NCBI GenBank assembly: GCA_964016885.1
Contig: OZ024742.1
Span: 125,302,001-125,366,000, forward strand
DNA: 64,000 bases
Source of the DNA: Eledone cirrhosa
Taxonomy: Eukaryota
Reading direction: 5' to 3'
Shown here: piece after piece, positions 40,018 to 56,529 of the stretch
Position numbering within the stretch: the stretch's first letter is position 1
Layout of the letters: each line of letters opens with the position of its first letter
The notes under the pieces: model-generated
What the model saw: only the letters and a program-made list of their open reading frames with translations
Told to the model about the DNA's origin: nothing
Database searches by the model: none
Position numbers and translations under genes: made by a program

Positions 40018-41740
40018 CTAGGAGTGTCCTCAAACACTCCTTCCAGCAGGTCTTGTCAGAATCAACCGTCTGCAATTGATCCGGTTAGATCCCCAAATGA
40101 GACCAGCCGAGCACATGGATGTTAACCCACCACCATACCCGGCGGTTTAACCATGCATTCCCTGCCGGTTGGTTGGTTGTGCCAGTACAATATGGCCAGG
40201 TATCCTCATTTCAGGTGGAAATGTTGTCTCTTTACTCGTATTTTGAATAAAAGAAGGATGACAAGCTAACTACTGTTATCAATAAGTTTGATGTGCTGTT
40301 TCCTAAAACAATTCGTATTCCTCTGAAACACAAAGGATTATTTATCATTGAGGTAAACCATTCATTAATCGAATATTGATCACCATGATAAATAGCATTA
40401 GAGACCCTCATGGCGCAAAAGCTGGTTAATGTAATTACTGGACTACAAGGGATTTTAGTAGAGTCCTATTTCTTTGGTGCTATTGCGTATGAATTGTTAT
40501 AACAGATAGAAATATTAAGTGAAGTGAAATAACTTAAGCACGATTGATATTTCATCCAAGATATTCCTAAACAACAGCATGTGGTAGATATAAAATAAAA
40601 CAACTCTGCCCATTATTAAGTGTATCAATTTATAATTGTCTTTATATAAAGAACTATCAATAATTCAAAGTAGTTTCAGTATAAATTATATGAACGTCGT
40701 ACTACGAATCAATCCATTAACGTTAATATCTTATATCTTTGAAGAAGCCTTGTATCATTATAGAATGATCGTTGCATGATTACATTAAAGAACTGCAATC
40801 AAAGAGATAATTAAAATTACTCGTGTGTACAGTACCTAGAAGAAGATTATGTCATTAATTTTAAAATGATTGTAATATATATTTATAATTGACTACAGTA
40901 TTCATCAGTGATTGTAATGATTATAATCTTATCTTGAACCACCACATACACTTGTGTAATAATTAATTTCTGAAGTCAAACAGAAAAAAAAAGATATTTA
41001 AGATAAAAACATTATTTGGATTATTTTATACAAGGTAGTCTTATGAACTTGTCATAATGATTTCTTATTTTTGTTTGATTACTCTGCGCCTGTTTAAAGA
41101 AGAAAGAATGAATTTTGATAATATATATTCCGAACAGATTTATCCAATTTCAGCCGAAAATTGATGTCTTTGTTGACTCTGCTGACAATCAATATTGCTG
41201 CCTGCTTGTATGGAACAATATTTGATTTAAAACGAGAAGATTTACAGCAAGAAAACACGGTAGTGCACATATAACAATAACATTATAAAAGATGGGTTGT
41301 GAAATAATAGGTGGGTGTTTTATTTATCATCTGCGCTGCGAACCCTTCCTTAAATTCTGTTTATTTTCCATTTCATATTTAAATATTTGATTTATTACTA
41401 TTTTCAATGTAACGTGATTATGTTCATTTCAATATAATTCCAAATTTTACAATTATTTCTATTTTAAATTCAGTGGCTGTAAATTCTGATTTATTTTTTT
41501 CCTAACAATATAGTAGCAATTAAAAAATATTTAAGTATATTAGAGAATAGAACAATGGCGCAAAGCAAACGATAGAGCATACCGGTGCCAAGCTAATTCT
41601 TGCATTTAAAATAACATGCTACATTTAAAGCCGGCGGTGCCGATAATAAGTCGTGATTAGAGAAATAATACGGTCTTTCATAGCTTTGAGCCAGCTATAT
41701 TTGAGGTACTGCTTTGTTGATTGCGTGAAAAACACCAACA

Positions 41741-41838
41741 TACTACTACTACTACAACTACCACTACCACTACTACTACTACTACTACTACTGTTGCTGT
41801 TGTTGCAGCTGCTGCTGTTGTTGTTGTTGTTGTTGTTA
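41741..41838. repeat. Compound (ACT)n/(GCT)n/(GTT)n microsatellite
   Basis: Direct reading. Confidence 0.9.
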
Positions 41839-42268
41839 TAGAAGCAGCAACAACATACTCTTCTCCCTTTTCATTACGTTCCGTGATACATTGGACCACC
41901 AGATACTGTACTGTGGTGAGAAAGGATTAAGAAATAAACCGTTCACTTCATCTTTCAAGTGGATGATTATAACGGTTTTCTATTGGAGGTATCGTTAATC
42001 CCTTGGGGGAAATAAAGAATAATACTAAAACCCAATATTAAGCAGACATTCTGTTACCTACGTTAGCCAATCTGGCACATATGAGGAAATGCAACATCAG
42101 TGATAGGATACACATTACGGAAATCTCATGTGGCTGGCAGACATATGGATAAAGTCCATTTCCCTGGAATGTAACTAGTAATTATTTTCAGCATCGTGCA
42201 TACACGCGCGCGCACACTGACAGACACACACACATATATATAAATATTCATTTATGTGTGTGTATATA

Positions 42269-42303
<35 letters not shown>

Positions 42304-42770
42304 TCATTTGTGTATATGTATATATGTATATATATGAAGAGAAGTAGAAGGGAATTAATATGAATCAGTAAGTATAAAATAAATGTCTTCAGGGAAGATA
42401 ATTAAGTGTCATTGTCTGGCATCTAGTTTTATGTTATGTAGTGAAAAATAAATATCTTTCTTAAATGAATGCTAGCAAGTGACAAGGAAATGGAATATTC
42501 TAGCACCATGTGGTACCAATTTTCTGTCACTGCATTGACTACTACAATGTGAAATAATGTGTTCGGCGCAGAAACAGAACGATGCATAACGAAACATTAA
42601 TAGTTAGATGTTCAAAATGAGTGATCATTATGTATGAGATACGCATTACAAAAGACAATATATATATATATATATATACCCACTCTACTACCCTAAGTAT
42701 TGAGTACTTTGGTGCGTTATGGTCCACCTGGTTCCTTACCACATTTCCTCCGTTATATATATATATATAT

Positions 42771-44705
<1,935 letters not shown>

Positions 44706-45558
44706 ATATATACATATATATATATATATAGAAATATTATGAGGTGAAGGAAGATAAAGAAGATGGATGAGATGAAAATACAAGGTAAAGTAGAGGTAAA
44801 TAAAGAAAGATTATGATATGTTGGTACATAAATATGTAGAAGTAAATAACTTGCAGCATTATCAGACACATCTAATAAGCTGTAATTAAACTACATTGTT
44901 TTAAAATGTTCTAGACAAGTGTATCAACTCATTTTCCTAGGTACTTTCTCACGCGTATCTCTGGGACTTAACACATCCAAATATAGTTTCGCTATTGAAT
45001 TGTTTGGCATAGACACAGTCACTCACAATGTTTAGAAGGTAACATTCGAATAGTTTATATACACATGAATATAATTTATATAGATAGGACGGTGTTGCAG
45101 ATGAATATTGGCCAATGCAAGAACAGGTCGGAAAACCTTTGGAAAGTCATTTATTCAGGTATCTATTGAATTTAAAGTGTGTAGTGATTGTGGTGATATT
45201 TGGTGAGGCGCGACATAACGCTCTGACAAAGAACAGCATTGCCAAGAGGAGGTCTCAGCTGCACCACCATATCGCAGAAATCGAACCACGAAACTGTGGT
45301 TGACTAGATAACTGTATAGACAACTACACGAAGATGACACGTCAAGATTTCCTATGTCGAATTCAGAGTATTTAAAAGCTATAATGGATGAAGTGCAATT
45401 GTGTTAATGCTTAGCATATGACATGGCATTTAACAGTATTGGGAGCAGTCTCATAACCACAAGTGAATGGATAAATCCAATCTCTGTTGAACAAACGCAA
45501 ACACACACATACACACACACGTATAGATACACAAACACACTCAATCACACACACACAC

Positions 45559-45631
<73 letters not shown>

Positions 45632-45638
<7 letters not shown>

Positions 45639-46295
45639 AAATATAGAGAAAAATACTGCAGGTAGCACATGGATAACATGTAATAAAATGAGTCCCTCAT
45701 CAGCGATTTACCGACGATCATAGATATTTCATTGCATTAAAAATCATATACCTCACGTCGGTGCAATAATAACCAAAATAAGTTATTAGGACAATTAAAA
45801 CGCGTAAAGCGAGTGAGACAGGAGAACAACGAAGAGTAAGGCTAACCAGGGGAAAGAAACAAGCTTCAAAAATTATTCTGTTTAGCATAAGCTAGGTGAA
45901 TATATGAGCGCTTTTAGGACAGACCCGACACGAGCGAAGGCTATGTGAGAGAGAAAAATAACCTTCGTGGTGTACAGGATGAAATGAAGAGAAGAGAGAG
46001 AAACAGTGAGTGAGTGAAGAGTTTAACTGACATGACAGAGGGGGAGAAACAGAGAGAATGGGGGAACAGTAAGAGAGAAAGAAAAAAACACAGAATCGCA
46101 GTGGTAAATATATGTAATAAAATATAGAGAAAAATACTGCAGGTAGCACATGGATAACATGTAATAAAATGAATCCCTCATCAGTGATTTACCGACGATC
46201 ATAGATATTTCATTGCATTAAAAATCATATACCTGACGTCGGTGCAATAATAACCAAAATAAGTTATTAGGACAATTAAAACGCGTAAAGCGAGT
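45632..46295 (-). repeat. About 180-bp direct repeats (45632-45814, 46115-46294), pLTR-like
   Basis: Near-identical copies; CTGATGAG on minus strand; abuts (TA)n. Confidence 0.75.
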
Positions 46296-49200
46296 TATAT
46301 CCATGGAGTGTAACGTGATGTTACTTCAGGTTCAATCTGTAGCGAGGTGTAGATCTAAGCAGGGTGTAAATATAATAATACAAGGACGAATTGTTAAGCC
46401 TGTATTAATGAAGGCTTTACAATTCGTACTTGTATTATTACGTATATATATATATATATTGCTTATTTTTGCTACATATTTTACGCACTGGGGCAATCCA
46501 GTAATTACGAAGTAAGAAAACTGATATTCCAGTGTACAAGGCCTTTTTGGAGAAAACACGTGTGTCAAGCTCTCATAGGAGGGATTGTGATTTAGCTAAT
46601 TTGCGGAGGATGTAATGTACAGCTTAGAATGTTTTGAATATATACATGACTTAATACTTTGTGCGTGTCCTGGAATTAATGTCTACAGATGTATATTTAC
46701 ACATATCTGAGCCGTTCATTGACACAAGGAAAACTTATAGATTTTAAGATTGTCGGTGTGTTTCTCTGATTAAAAACATTCCACAGTCATGGAGGCATCG
46801 AACCCCAATAAACATGGTAGGGATTAAGGTGATGTTTGAGGTGATAGCTAACGCTATGACAAATAGCCCTTACTAGAACAGGATTGCCAAGTGGAGGTCT
46901 AAAGCGCACAGCCATAACACGGGAATCGAACCACAAATCTGTGATTGACTGGACAACAGCATAGACCACTATACGACGAAGACATGTCAAGATTTCCTAC
47001 GTCAAGTTTAGCATATGTAAATGCTAGAATGGATAAAGCGTGTAATACATGCAAAATATAGAGTTCGTACGTCAAGATCCCAGATTTTATTCGCTTACCG
47101 AATGGGAATGGAACTCGTCAAATCGGTCCGAAAGATACTGTTTCCATTGGTCTTGCCATTGTTAATACTATCTACCGGTCGCAGCCCCTAATATATAATG
47201 CAAGATATCAACCACGAATTATTTATTAAAGGTTACAAACTTGGATGGAAGAAATGATTTCCATTATAATTGCAATTGGTCAACATATAGTTTCCCCTCA
47301 CATAACATTTAAGGCAAATCTAGTGTATTGGTTGACTATCTCACACCATCTTACAAAATTGTTGAAAATTCATCTAGTATATAAATGTCGAATATTTTCA
47401 TTATTCATCCAACGTTATCTAAATATTCTTTGCTGTCATAAATGCTGTAAACAACCATGTGCATCAATAGATATTTTATGATTTATATGTGTTTTTATCC
47501 TTAATATGGCATTTCGTTTTACTCGAGTCAAGATACGTAATTTCATTAATACGCAACAATACAGAATATGTTAATTTAACGTTTTTTTCTTTTCTCATTC
47601 TTCATTAAATATTATATTTGCTTTCTCTCAAATTTCTTATTTTCGTTTCGATGAGAATTTTTTTAAAACTTACTTTTTGCTATTTTATTTTCAAATCGGA
47701 CAGTTAAGTGTCTGGGACAATGCTTCATTCTCTTATAATGTTATTGCCAGAAGCTTTACAATTAAATTTCTCTGTTTTTGCTTTCCTTTTTGAATTAATT
47801 TTTTATACTTATATATTTGTGCTTTCGGGAAATTTAAATCGAGATAACGTATTTTGAATTCGATGAAAATTTCCTTCAGAAGAAATCATAGAAAAATGGA
47901 TTTCAAGTCTTGAAATATCTTTAATGTGTATTAATATACTTTTTAATATTTTAGTATTTGATAATCTGTTGTGTAGTTTATCTTATTAAACGGATTCGTG
48001 GTTAGAATATAGTAGAAATTCAATAAAGGCGATGTTAGGGGCGTCACTAGAAAACGGAATGGTAAGAATGATGAACAAGTTTTCTTTACATCAGAGACAG
48101 ATATTTTCATATATTTTCTTTATATATGAAGATTGATTTCAGTCTTAACATTATATTTCCATAAATGTATTGCACAATAATCAGGTAGAACGAGGAAAGC
48201 AGTATATATTGAAAATATTGGGAAATGAGAAGGGAAGCGAAGACTCTACACCCATATTTAAGCAGTAGAACTCAGTCGTACCTGTTGGAAAAGATGGTGA
48301 AACCATTGCCGTGGAGAACATCCAGTGACACCTACTGCATTAGCCAATTCCCCTCATGGGTCTCCTTTCTCCGGAAAAATATACCCTACCAATTTTGCGG
48401 AGGAACACGTCAATTTGGTGACTGAGAAATCGCGGTTGCAACGGACACCTGTATGAAACGTAAGCGGTCGATATGTTTCCGGTATTTGGGATTGCCTGCG
48501 TTTTAGATCGAAACAATCAGGGACGGGGCCGGAACATGTGTAGCAGCATGTGGCGTGCCAAATTTGGGATCTAACACTCACCTCGCCCTACCTTCGAACG
48601 GGAAAAGGGTTAGGGCGCCATGATAGGAAATGCATATAAAATATAATGGAGAAAAACAGAACAAGATAGTTAGGAAAGTAAGATATTGCAACATCTATCT
48701 TGTAAATTTTAGCTGTTGTGTGAAACAAGTTCTTTTGATATACAATGACGATAAGTTTCTTATATAATTATACCTTTTTTCAGATTCACAATTTACTAAT
48801 TCTTTATTGGTATTTTCTCATTTTTCGTATGTATGCTGAGACCGAAGACGCATTCGTCTATTTTCTTGAGAAAATATGTCATATTCACAATGAACACTCA
48901 TGTTATATTTCTACAAATTTCTACTCATATTTTGTTTTCATTCGTAGATACCGATTAAATAGAACGCCGTTTTTCGGGTATTGTGTTTATGCTTGGTCTT
49001 TTTTTTTTACATAAGTAAAACTGTAATCATCAAGCCATTGTACTTCATTCTGTTGCCAACAATTCATATAACATAACAGTGTATATTGATCAGGAGAATG
49101 TTATGGTAATTGAGTTAATGAAATCTTTCGAAAACATATAATTTCAGAAATATGTTTGACCTAATCAAGGTGCAGATTGTGCGCTTTACAAGTTTTAGTG

Positions 49201-50164
49201 AATCTCACCTTAAGATATGTTGCTCGAACTTTTATTGACGGTGTTTTTATTGACTAAAAAAGTAAATTTCTCTTTAGTGTATAATAAATAATTAGAACCA
49301 GTCTCTGCGTCAGATTTTCAGCACAATACTGTCAGTCTTCTCTGTAATTTTGTGTTCGATAATTAAATAGAACCTTTCTTTCTTGCATTTCTTCTTGTGA
49401 AAAATGGTACAATATGACCATATGTTTGTTAGCTTTTCCTCAACTAAAATCAGTCTATTTCTGTGGCCAAGTGCGTGTCAATATTTGTATAAATATCTCA
49501 GCAAAAATAGCATTGTTCGCCAAGTTCATTATTCGCATTGCTAACTGTGTGTCGTCTCGTAATATGAGTTTCTGCAAATATATGAAATAATTGATCGCGA
49601 TACATACAAAAAAGTAATATACATAATTCTGTCTTTTTTTCTGCTTTCTTTTTCTTTTTATATGTATGAAAATCTGCCAAAATATATTTCAAGGTATACA
49701 TTTCTAAGATACTAGAATTATACTAGAGCCGAGAAGGAGAGATTGTCATCTCACGAGAAATAGTTTGATAATTCCGATACATGGCTAAAACAAATCGCTA
49801 TATATTAATATTTATACAGTGCTTTCAATGGTATGTTGTCATGCTGGGCTTAATAAACGAGCTAAATTAACATCGCAGACAGCTTGCAAAATGAATACAA
49901 TACGAAAAATAAATTTCATGATTTCTTCTAAAATTATTAGCACCGAATTCACATCTACAAATAAATACGATTGCCAATACAGTTAATTATAATTATCTTA
50001 TTTACATGCAATATTAATTGAGCAAACATATTTTGCATGTATATAGTCAATTATGCAAAGACAATGATGCGGTGTACTACCATTACATAGGTACGTATAG
50101 ACAAACATGCAAGCACATAGACACAAACACAATCACAGACGCAGACACACACACACACACACAT

Positions 50165-50232
<68 letters not shown>

Positions 50233-50237
<5 letters not shown>

Positions 50238-50271
50238 ACTCTTCACATTTATTATTATTACTATATATACA

Positions 50272-50327
<56 letters not shown>

Positions 50328-50392
50328 TATATATATATATTTAAAAGAATAGAGGTGTAACACACGAGTTAGGATATATTGGTAAACGTTTA

Positions 50393-50426
<34 letters not shown>

Positions 50427-50497
50427 TAAACGTTGACCAATATATCATAACTCGTGTGTTACACCTCTATTCTTTTAAATATATATATATATATATA

Positions 50498-50528
<31 letters not shown>

Positions 50529-50550
50529 CTATATATATATATATACTATA

Positions 50551-50613
<63 letters not shown>

Positions 50614-50652
50614 TGTATATATAGTAATAATAATAAATATGAAGAGTAAAAT
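50233..50652. repeat. Fold-back centred on a (TA)n tract
   Basis: AAAAGAATAGAGGTGTAACACACGAGTTA and ATTTTACTCTTCA both mirrored. Confidence 0.85.
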
Positions 50653-50710
50653 CCAAAGAGAGCTCGATAAGGATAATTATATATCAAATATATAAGAACC
50701 GTAGAGCAAA

Positions 50711-51531
50711 TATTTATTAAATAACCAGATTAAAGTTTAAGCAAAGAATCGCTGCTTTCACTCTTAACGGGATCTTCTGAAACTAAAAAATCAACCTGTG
50801 AACGCAGAAGTAAATATTTCGAAAAACGTTGCAATCAAAGGAATACAGAAAGGCGATACATTGGTTCGTGAAGACGTTACCTGGTAATGAACGGAAAGAA
50901 GCGAAGATAATACGTCGTTATGTGAGGCGATGAAAACTATTACAGGCAAAGACAGAACCACGTTTATGGTATAAATGAAGTCGTAGACTAATATTCTATT
51001 GAGGAAACCGAATGATTCTCGGCTTCTGAGTTAAGAATGATGTAAATAAATTAGTAGAACGAAAATGACAGAGCTTATTAAAATCAATAATAATTAAATA
51101 TATAGGTACGTCTATGTACGTATATAGATGCGTGTATGTATATATTTAATTATTGATTTTATTAAACTCTGTCATTTTCGTTCTACTAATTTATTTACAT
51201 TTTTCTTAACTCAGAAGCCGGGAATCATTCGGTTTCCTAAATAGAATATTAGTCTACGACTTTCTTTATACCATAAACGTGGTTCTGTCTTTGCGTGTAA
51301 TTGTTCTCAACGGTCCACATAACGACGTATTATCTTCGCTTCTTTCCGTTCATTACCAGGGAACGTCTTCACGAACCAAAGTATCGTCTTCCTGTTTTCC
51401 TTCGGTTGCAACGTTTTTTTGAAATAATTACTTCTGCGTTCACAGATTGATTTTTTTAGTTTCAGAAGATCCCGTTAAGGGTGAAAGCAGCGATTCTTTG
51501 CTTAAACGTTAATCTGTTATTTTAATAAATA
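50711..51531. mobile_element. Fold-back with about 390-bp arms; variant hammerhead (CAGAAGA core) at 51459-51507
   Basis: 50711-51100 is the reverse complement of 51140-51531. Confidence 0.85.
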
Positions 51532-51605
51532 TATATATATCTAATATATATATATAATATATATATATATAATATATATATATAATATATATATATAGTA
51601 TATAT

Positions 51606-51636
<31 letters not shown>

Positions 51637-51721
51637 GTAATATATATATAGTATATATATATATAATATATATATATATATATTATATATATATATAATA
51701 TATATATATATATATAGATAT

Positions 51722-51784
<63 letters not shown>

Positions 51785-51789
<5 letters not shown>

Positions 51790-51978
51790 GGAACCAGTAA
51801 GACCCCGACAGCTGAGCTCAAGCCGTTTCGAGGGCTAATTCTGGAATTAGCCGTCGAAACGGCTTGAGCTCAGCTGTCGGGGTCTTACTGGTTCCTATTA
51901 CCCACTCTACTACCTCAAGTATTGAGTACTTTGGTGCGTTATGGTCCACCTGGTTCCTTACCACATTTCCTTCGTTAT
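51785..51978 (+). mobile_element. 116-bp palindrome (51785-51900) plus PLE-type tail
   Basis: One mismatch, 2-nt loop; tail shared with 42680-42755 and, inverted, 56370-56425. Confidence 0.85.
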
Positions 51979-52043
51979 ATATATATAATATATATATTAT
52001 ATATATATATAGATAGATATAGATATATATATAGATATATATA

Positions 52044-52956
<913 letters not shown>

Positions 52957-53114
52957 GTATTAAGGATACTATTTATGGTTATGTATATAGTAAAACCTTT
53001 TATAGTTATATATATTTTAAACCCTAAATAGTGAAAGACAGTAATTTATTACTATCTTATTACCAGTAAGATAAATAGCTCAATGTAACAACATCAGTTG
53101 TTTTACAGAGCAGT

Positions 53115-53256
53115 TATATAGAAATTACATGAATCAAAGTTCTGTTTAAATCATTTATTTGCTTACAATTGTTTCTTCCAAACCTCGGTTTGGAAGAAAC
53201 AATTGTAAGCAAATAAATGATTTAAACAGAACTTTGATTCATCTAATTTCTATATA
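53115..53256. repeat. Palindrome with 70-bp arms containing hammerhead 3' half GAAACAATTGTA
   Basis: One mismatch; TC loop at 53185-53186. Confidence 0.9.
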
Positions 53257-53266
53257 TATATATATA

Positions 53267-53850
53267 CAATGATATTAAGTAAATGGAAACTATATTTATA
53301 AAACCATATTTATTCTATTATATATATTTCAAGGCTCAAGTTTACCAAAACTTTGGTACGCCCTCATCAGAAGAAATACAAAGTTTGTTTTATAAATATT
53401 GACATAACCAGGAAGAAGAATTTAACGGTTTTTCCTGGATAGTAAAGGAAAGAAGGGACAAAGAAGAAAAGTCAAATATTTCAAATTATTAAGATGAGTA
53501 TGCAAAAGAGGTTGAATATGCAAATGAGGCTGAAAAAAAACGTTATTTTTAGACGCTATGTAGATTTAAATAATTATTCTTTCCTTTACTATCCAGGAAA
53601 AACTTGAACCGTTAAGTTCTTCTTCCTGGTTATGTCAATATTTATAAAACAAACATTGTATTTTATCTGATGAGAGCGGACCAAAGTTTTGGTACCCTTG
53701 AAATATATATAATAGAATAAATATGGTTTTATAAATATAGATACTATTTATTTAATATCATTGAATATTATACTCCAGAAAACCTTGTCGAGTGCTTTCA
53801 ATGAGTTATAAACATTTATATTTGTTGAATTACCAACAAATTAAATATCC
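53267..53850. mobile_element. Fold-back of a PLE terminus related to the 6.8-12.5 kb element
   Basis: 53267-53454 is the reverse complement of 53577-53763. Confidence 0.85.
53659..53719 (+). ncRNA. Type I hammerhead (mirror copy 53311-53378 on minus strand)
   Basis: TATTTTAT-CTGATGA-GAGCGGACCAAAGTTTTGGTACCCTT-GAAATATATATA-ATAGAATA. Confidence 0.78.
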
Positions 53851-53871
53851 CTTTTTCTTATATAATAATAT

Positions 53872-53976
<105 letters not shown>

Positions 53977-54054
53977 GTGTATAATGGTAGCTATGGTGCT
54001 TCCATAGGCGGTATGCCAAAATTAGCACTCGATATTCAGCAGAGTAGAGTGTAG

Positions 54055-54618
54055 ATAGTATAAAGAAAACGAAAAATCAGTGATGCATCTGGACTTAATT
54101 TATTGCGTGTTACAATTGTTTCGCCGGCAGGTAGCTCGAGACATGGTCCTTGTATGGATCTGGCTGATTCTACTTCTGCAGGTTCTTTCAGACACGGGTG
54201 TTTCGTCTGGAACAAATTTTATCACTGAGGTGTTATCATTAAAAGACACCCTCAAAAAACCCTACTTCCACTCTTAAATACTGAACCCAGCATGACTCCA
54301 TCGAAATGTGTCGGACGGAAAATGGCTAATGACCCGTGTGGCAGTAAATACTTACCAGAACTGTGATGACGTGTAGTAAAAACAGCCAATGGCATGACAA
54401 GAGTGGAAGTAGGGTTTTTTTATGGTGTTTTTTTATGATAACACCCCAGTGATAAAATTTGCTCCAGACGAAACACCCGTGTCTGAAAAACCTGCAGAAG
54501 TAGAATCAGCCAGATCCATACAAGGACCATGTCTCGAGCTACCTGCCGGCGAAACAATTGTAACACGCAATAAATTAAGTCCAGATGCATCACTGATTTT
54601 TCGTTTTCTTTATACTAT
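54055..54618. mobile_element. Fold-back with about 220-bp arms; extended-helix-II hammerhead-like motifs at 54478-54567 (+) and 54106-54196 (-)
   Basis: 54055-54275 is the reverse complement of 54399-54618; helix I CGTGT/ACACG. Confidence 0.85.
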
Positions 54619-54680
54619 ATATATATGTATATAACATCCAAAACATAAGCATACACATACCAATCATAATTTAATATGGA

Positions 54681-55135
54681 ATGATACACAACCTCTCTAG
54701 CGTAGATTTCTTAGACATTAATTTAGACCTTCGCACACGCACCTACAGACCCTTCCATAACCTTAATGAAAAACTCAATTATATTCACAAGGACTCATGC
54801 CACCCTCCCACTGTTTTTAGAAACTTCGTAAATAATATCAGTACTAGAATCTCAAACCTCTCCTCTAATAACGCTATCTTTGACAGAGAGGCACCCTACT
54901 ATAACACGACGTTAGCTAACAGCGGCTTATCGCAACATGTCACTTACTCTCCTACTAACAACAACAGCAATAAGAAAACAATGCGTAACAATAGACAAAC
55001 TATCTGGTTCTCTCCTCCCTTCTCACTCAACGTTAAAACCAATGTAGGCAAAACATTTCTAGCCCTCTTAGATAGACACTTTCCCATAGATAATAAATAC
55101 CGCTCCATCGTTAACCGACACTGGGTAAAACTAGG
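54681..55135 (+). pseudogene. YRDD-lineage PLE RT thumb/linker fragment
   Basis: VDFLDINLDL..YRPFH..SCHPP..IWFSPPFS..DRHFP. Confidence 0.85.
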
Positions 55136-55155
55136 ATCATCTGACAGAAAGGTAT

Positions 55156-55198
55156 ACGATGCTGACGATAGCTAATAAGCTTGAAACTAGTACATCGT
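55156..55198 (+). ncRNA. Minimal hammerhead, copy 1
   Basis: ACGATG-CTGACGA-TAGCTAATAAGCTT-GAAACTAGTA-CATCGT. Confidence 0.75.
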
Positions 55199-55584
55199 TC
55201 CTGTGTTAGTGTTGAACAAAAGGGCGACGATGGTTGCCGAGCACTGTACGGCGTAATTTGTGCTGTTTGTTTACAAACAAACCGAACATTATAATAAATG
55301 TTCGGTAAACCCATACGTACATATATATATGTGTGCATGTATGTATATATATACATACTACTGTGCGTCTGTACACATATATGTATGTACGTATACATAC
55401 TTATATTTAGGTATCGGCCGTACTAAGAGTGAGAAAGGAAATTTCGTTTCATTCTTTTCCATTTATCGTTTTCGGTATGCCCGGCCGACTAACTCACTCG
55501 ATATGCAAATTAGGCTGCTTAGCCGTTAATATGAATAAGGAAAGTATATACTTTCAGACGTTCAATCATCTGACAGAAAGGTAT

Positions 55585-55627
55585 ACGATGCTGACGATAG
55601 CTAATAAGCTTGAAACTAGTACATCGT
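55585..55627 (+). ncRNA. Minimal hammerhead, copy 2
   Basis: Identical to copy 1. Confidence 0.75.
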
Positions 55628-56476
55628 TCCTGTGTCAGTGTTGAACAAAAGGGCGACGATGGTTGCCGAGCACTGTACGGCGTAATACGTGCTGTCTGTT
55701 TACAAACAAACCGGACATTATAATAAATGTTCGGTAAATCCATACGTACATATATATGTGTGCATGTATGTATATATTCATACTACTGTGCGTCTGTACA
55801 CATATATGTATGTACTTATAACTATATGTATATATATATATAGTGATAGAACACGGGCATATTGTGACGACTTGTCCAACTATGCTAGCATGTTTATAAT
55901 CCAAAGAACGAAACTCCTGTGACTGTAACGCAGGGACTGTTTAGTGTATAATATTAACTTGCTTCCTTTAAATAATTAACTTTACCTCCTATCTCTAAAG
56001 TTCTCTCCCCATTACTTTCTAGAACACAGTTTTCAACCGAAAAAGCCATGGTCTTCATAATTAAAACGAATGTAATGACAGATCTGCCAATTCTCCCCGT
56101 CCGACGGGGAGATCTCCCACCAACTTTGGGGTGGGTGAGAGATGTCTTCTCTTGTGAAAATGTGTATAGCTTTCATCATGTAGAATCTCCCTATTTTGCG
56201 TTGTATCACCCCGTTTTGGGGCACTTTCTTTTTTCATGGTAATCCCCGTTTGAGTTTCTAGAGCTTGTTAGGTCTGTAAAGACTAATTCTAGTTATTGAA
56301 AGGCGTATTCTATTAATTATGAGTTATTGTGTGTATGTGTATATATATATATATATATATATAATTGACAAAGAAGGTGTGGCAAGATACCAGGTTGACC
56401 ATAACGCACCAGAGTACTCGATACTTAGAGCTCAGGCGTCGGGGTCCTGACTCTTTTCCTATATATATATATATAC

Positions 56477-56529
<53 letters not shown>

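Larger units (their letters stand above)
55136..55830 (+). repeat. Tandem pseudo-LTR-like direct repeats, 429-bp offset
   Basis: Copies start at 55136 and 55565. Confidence 0.9.

Noticed and set aside
39827-40079. Poly-Arg, poly-Leu and poly-Lys ORFs
   Set aside because: (CTT)n microsatellite
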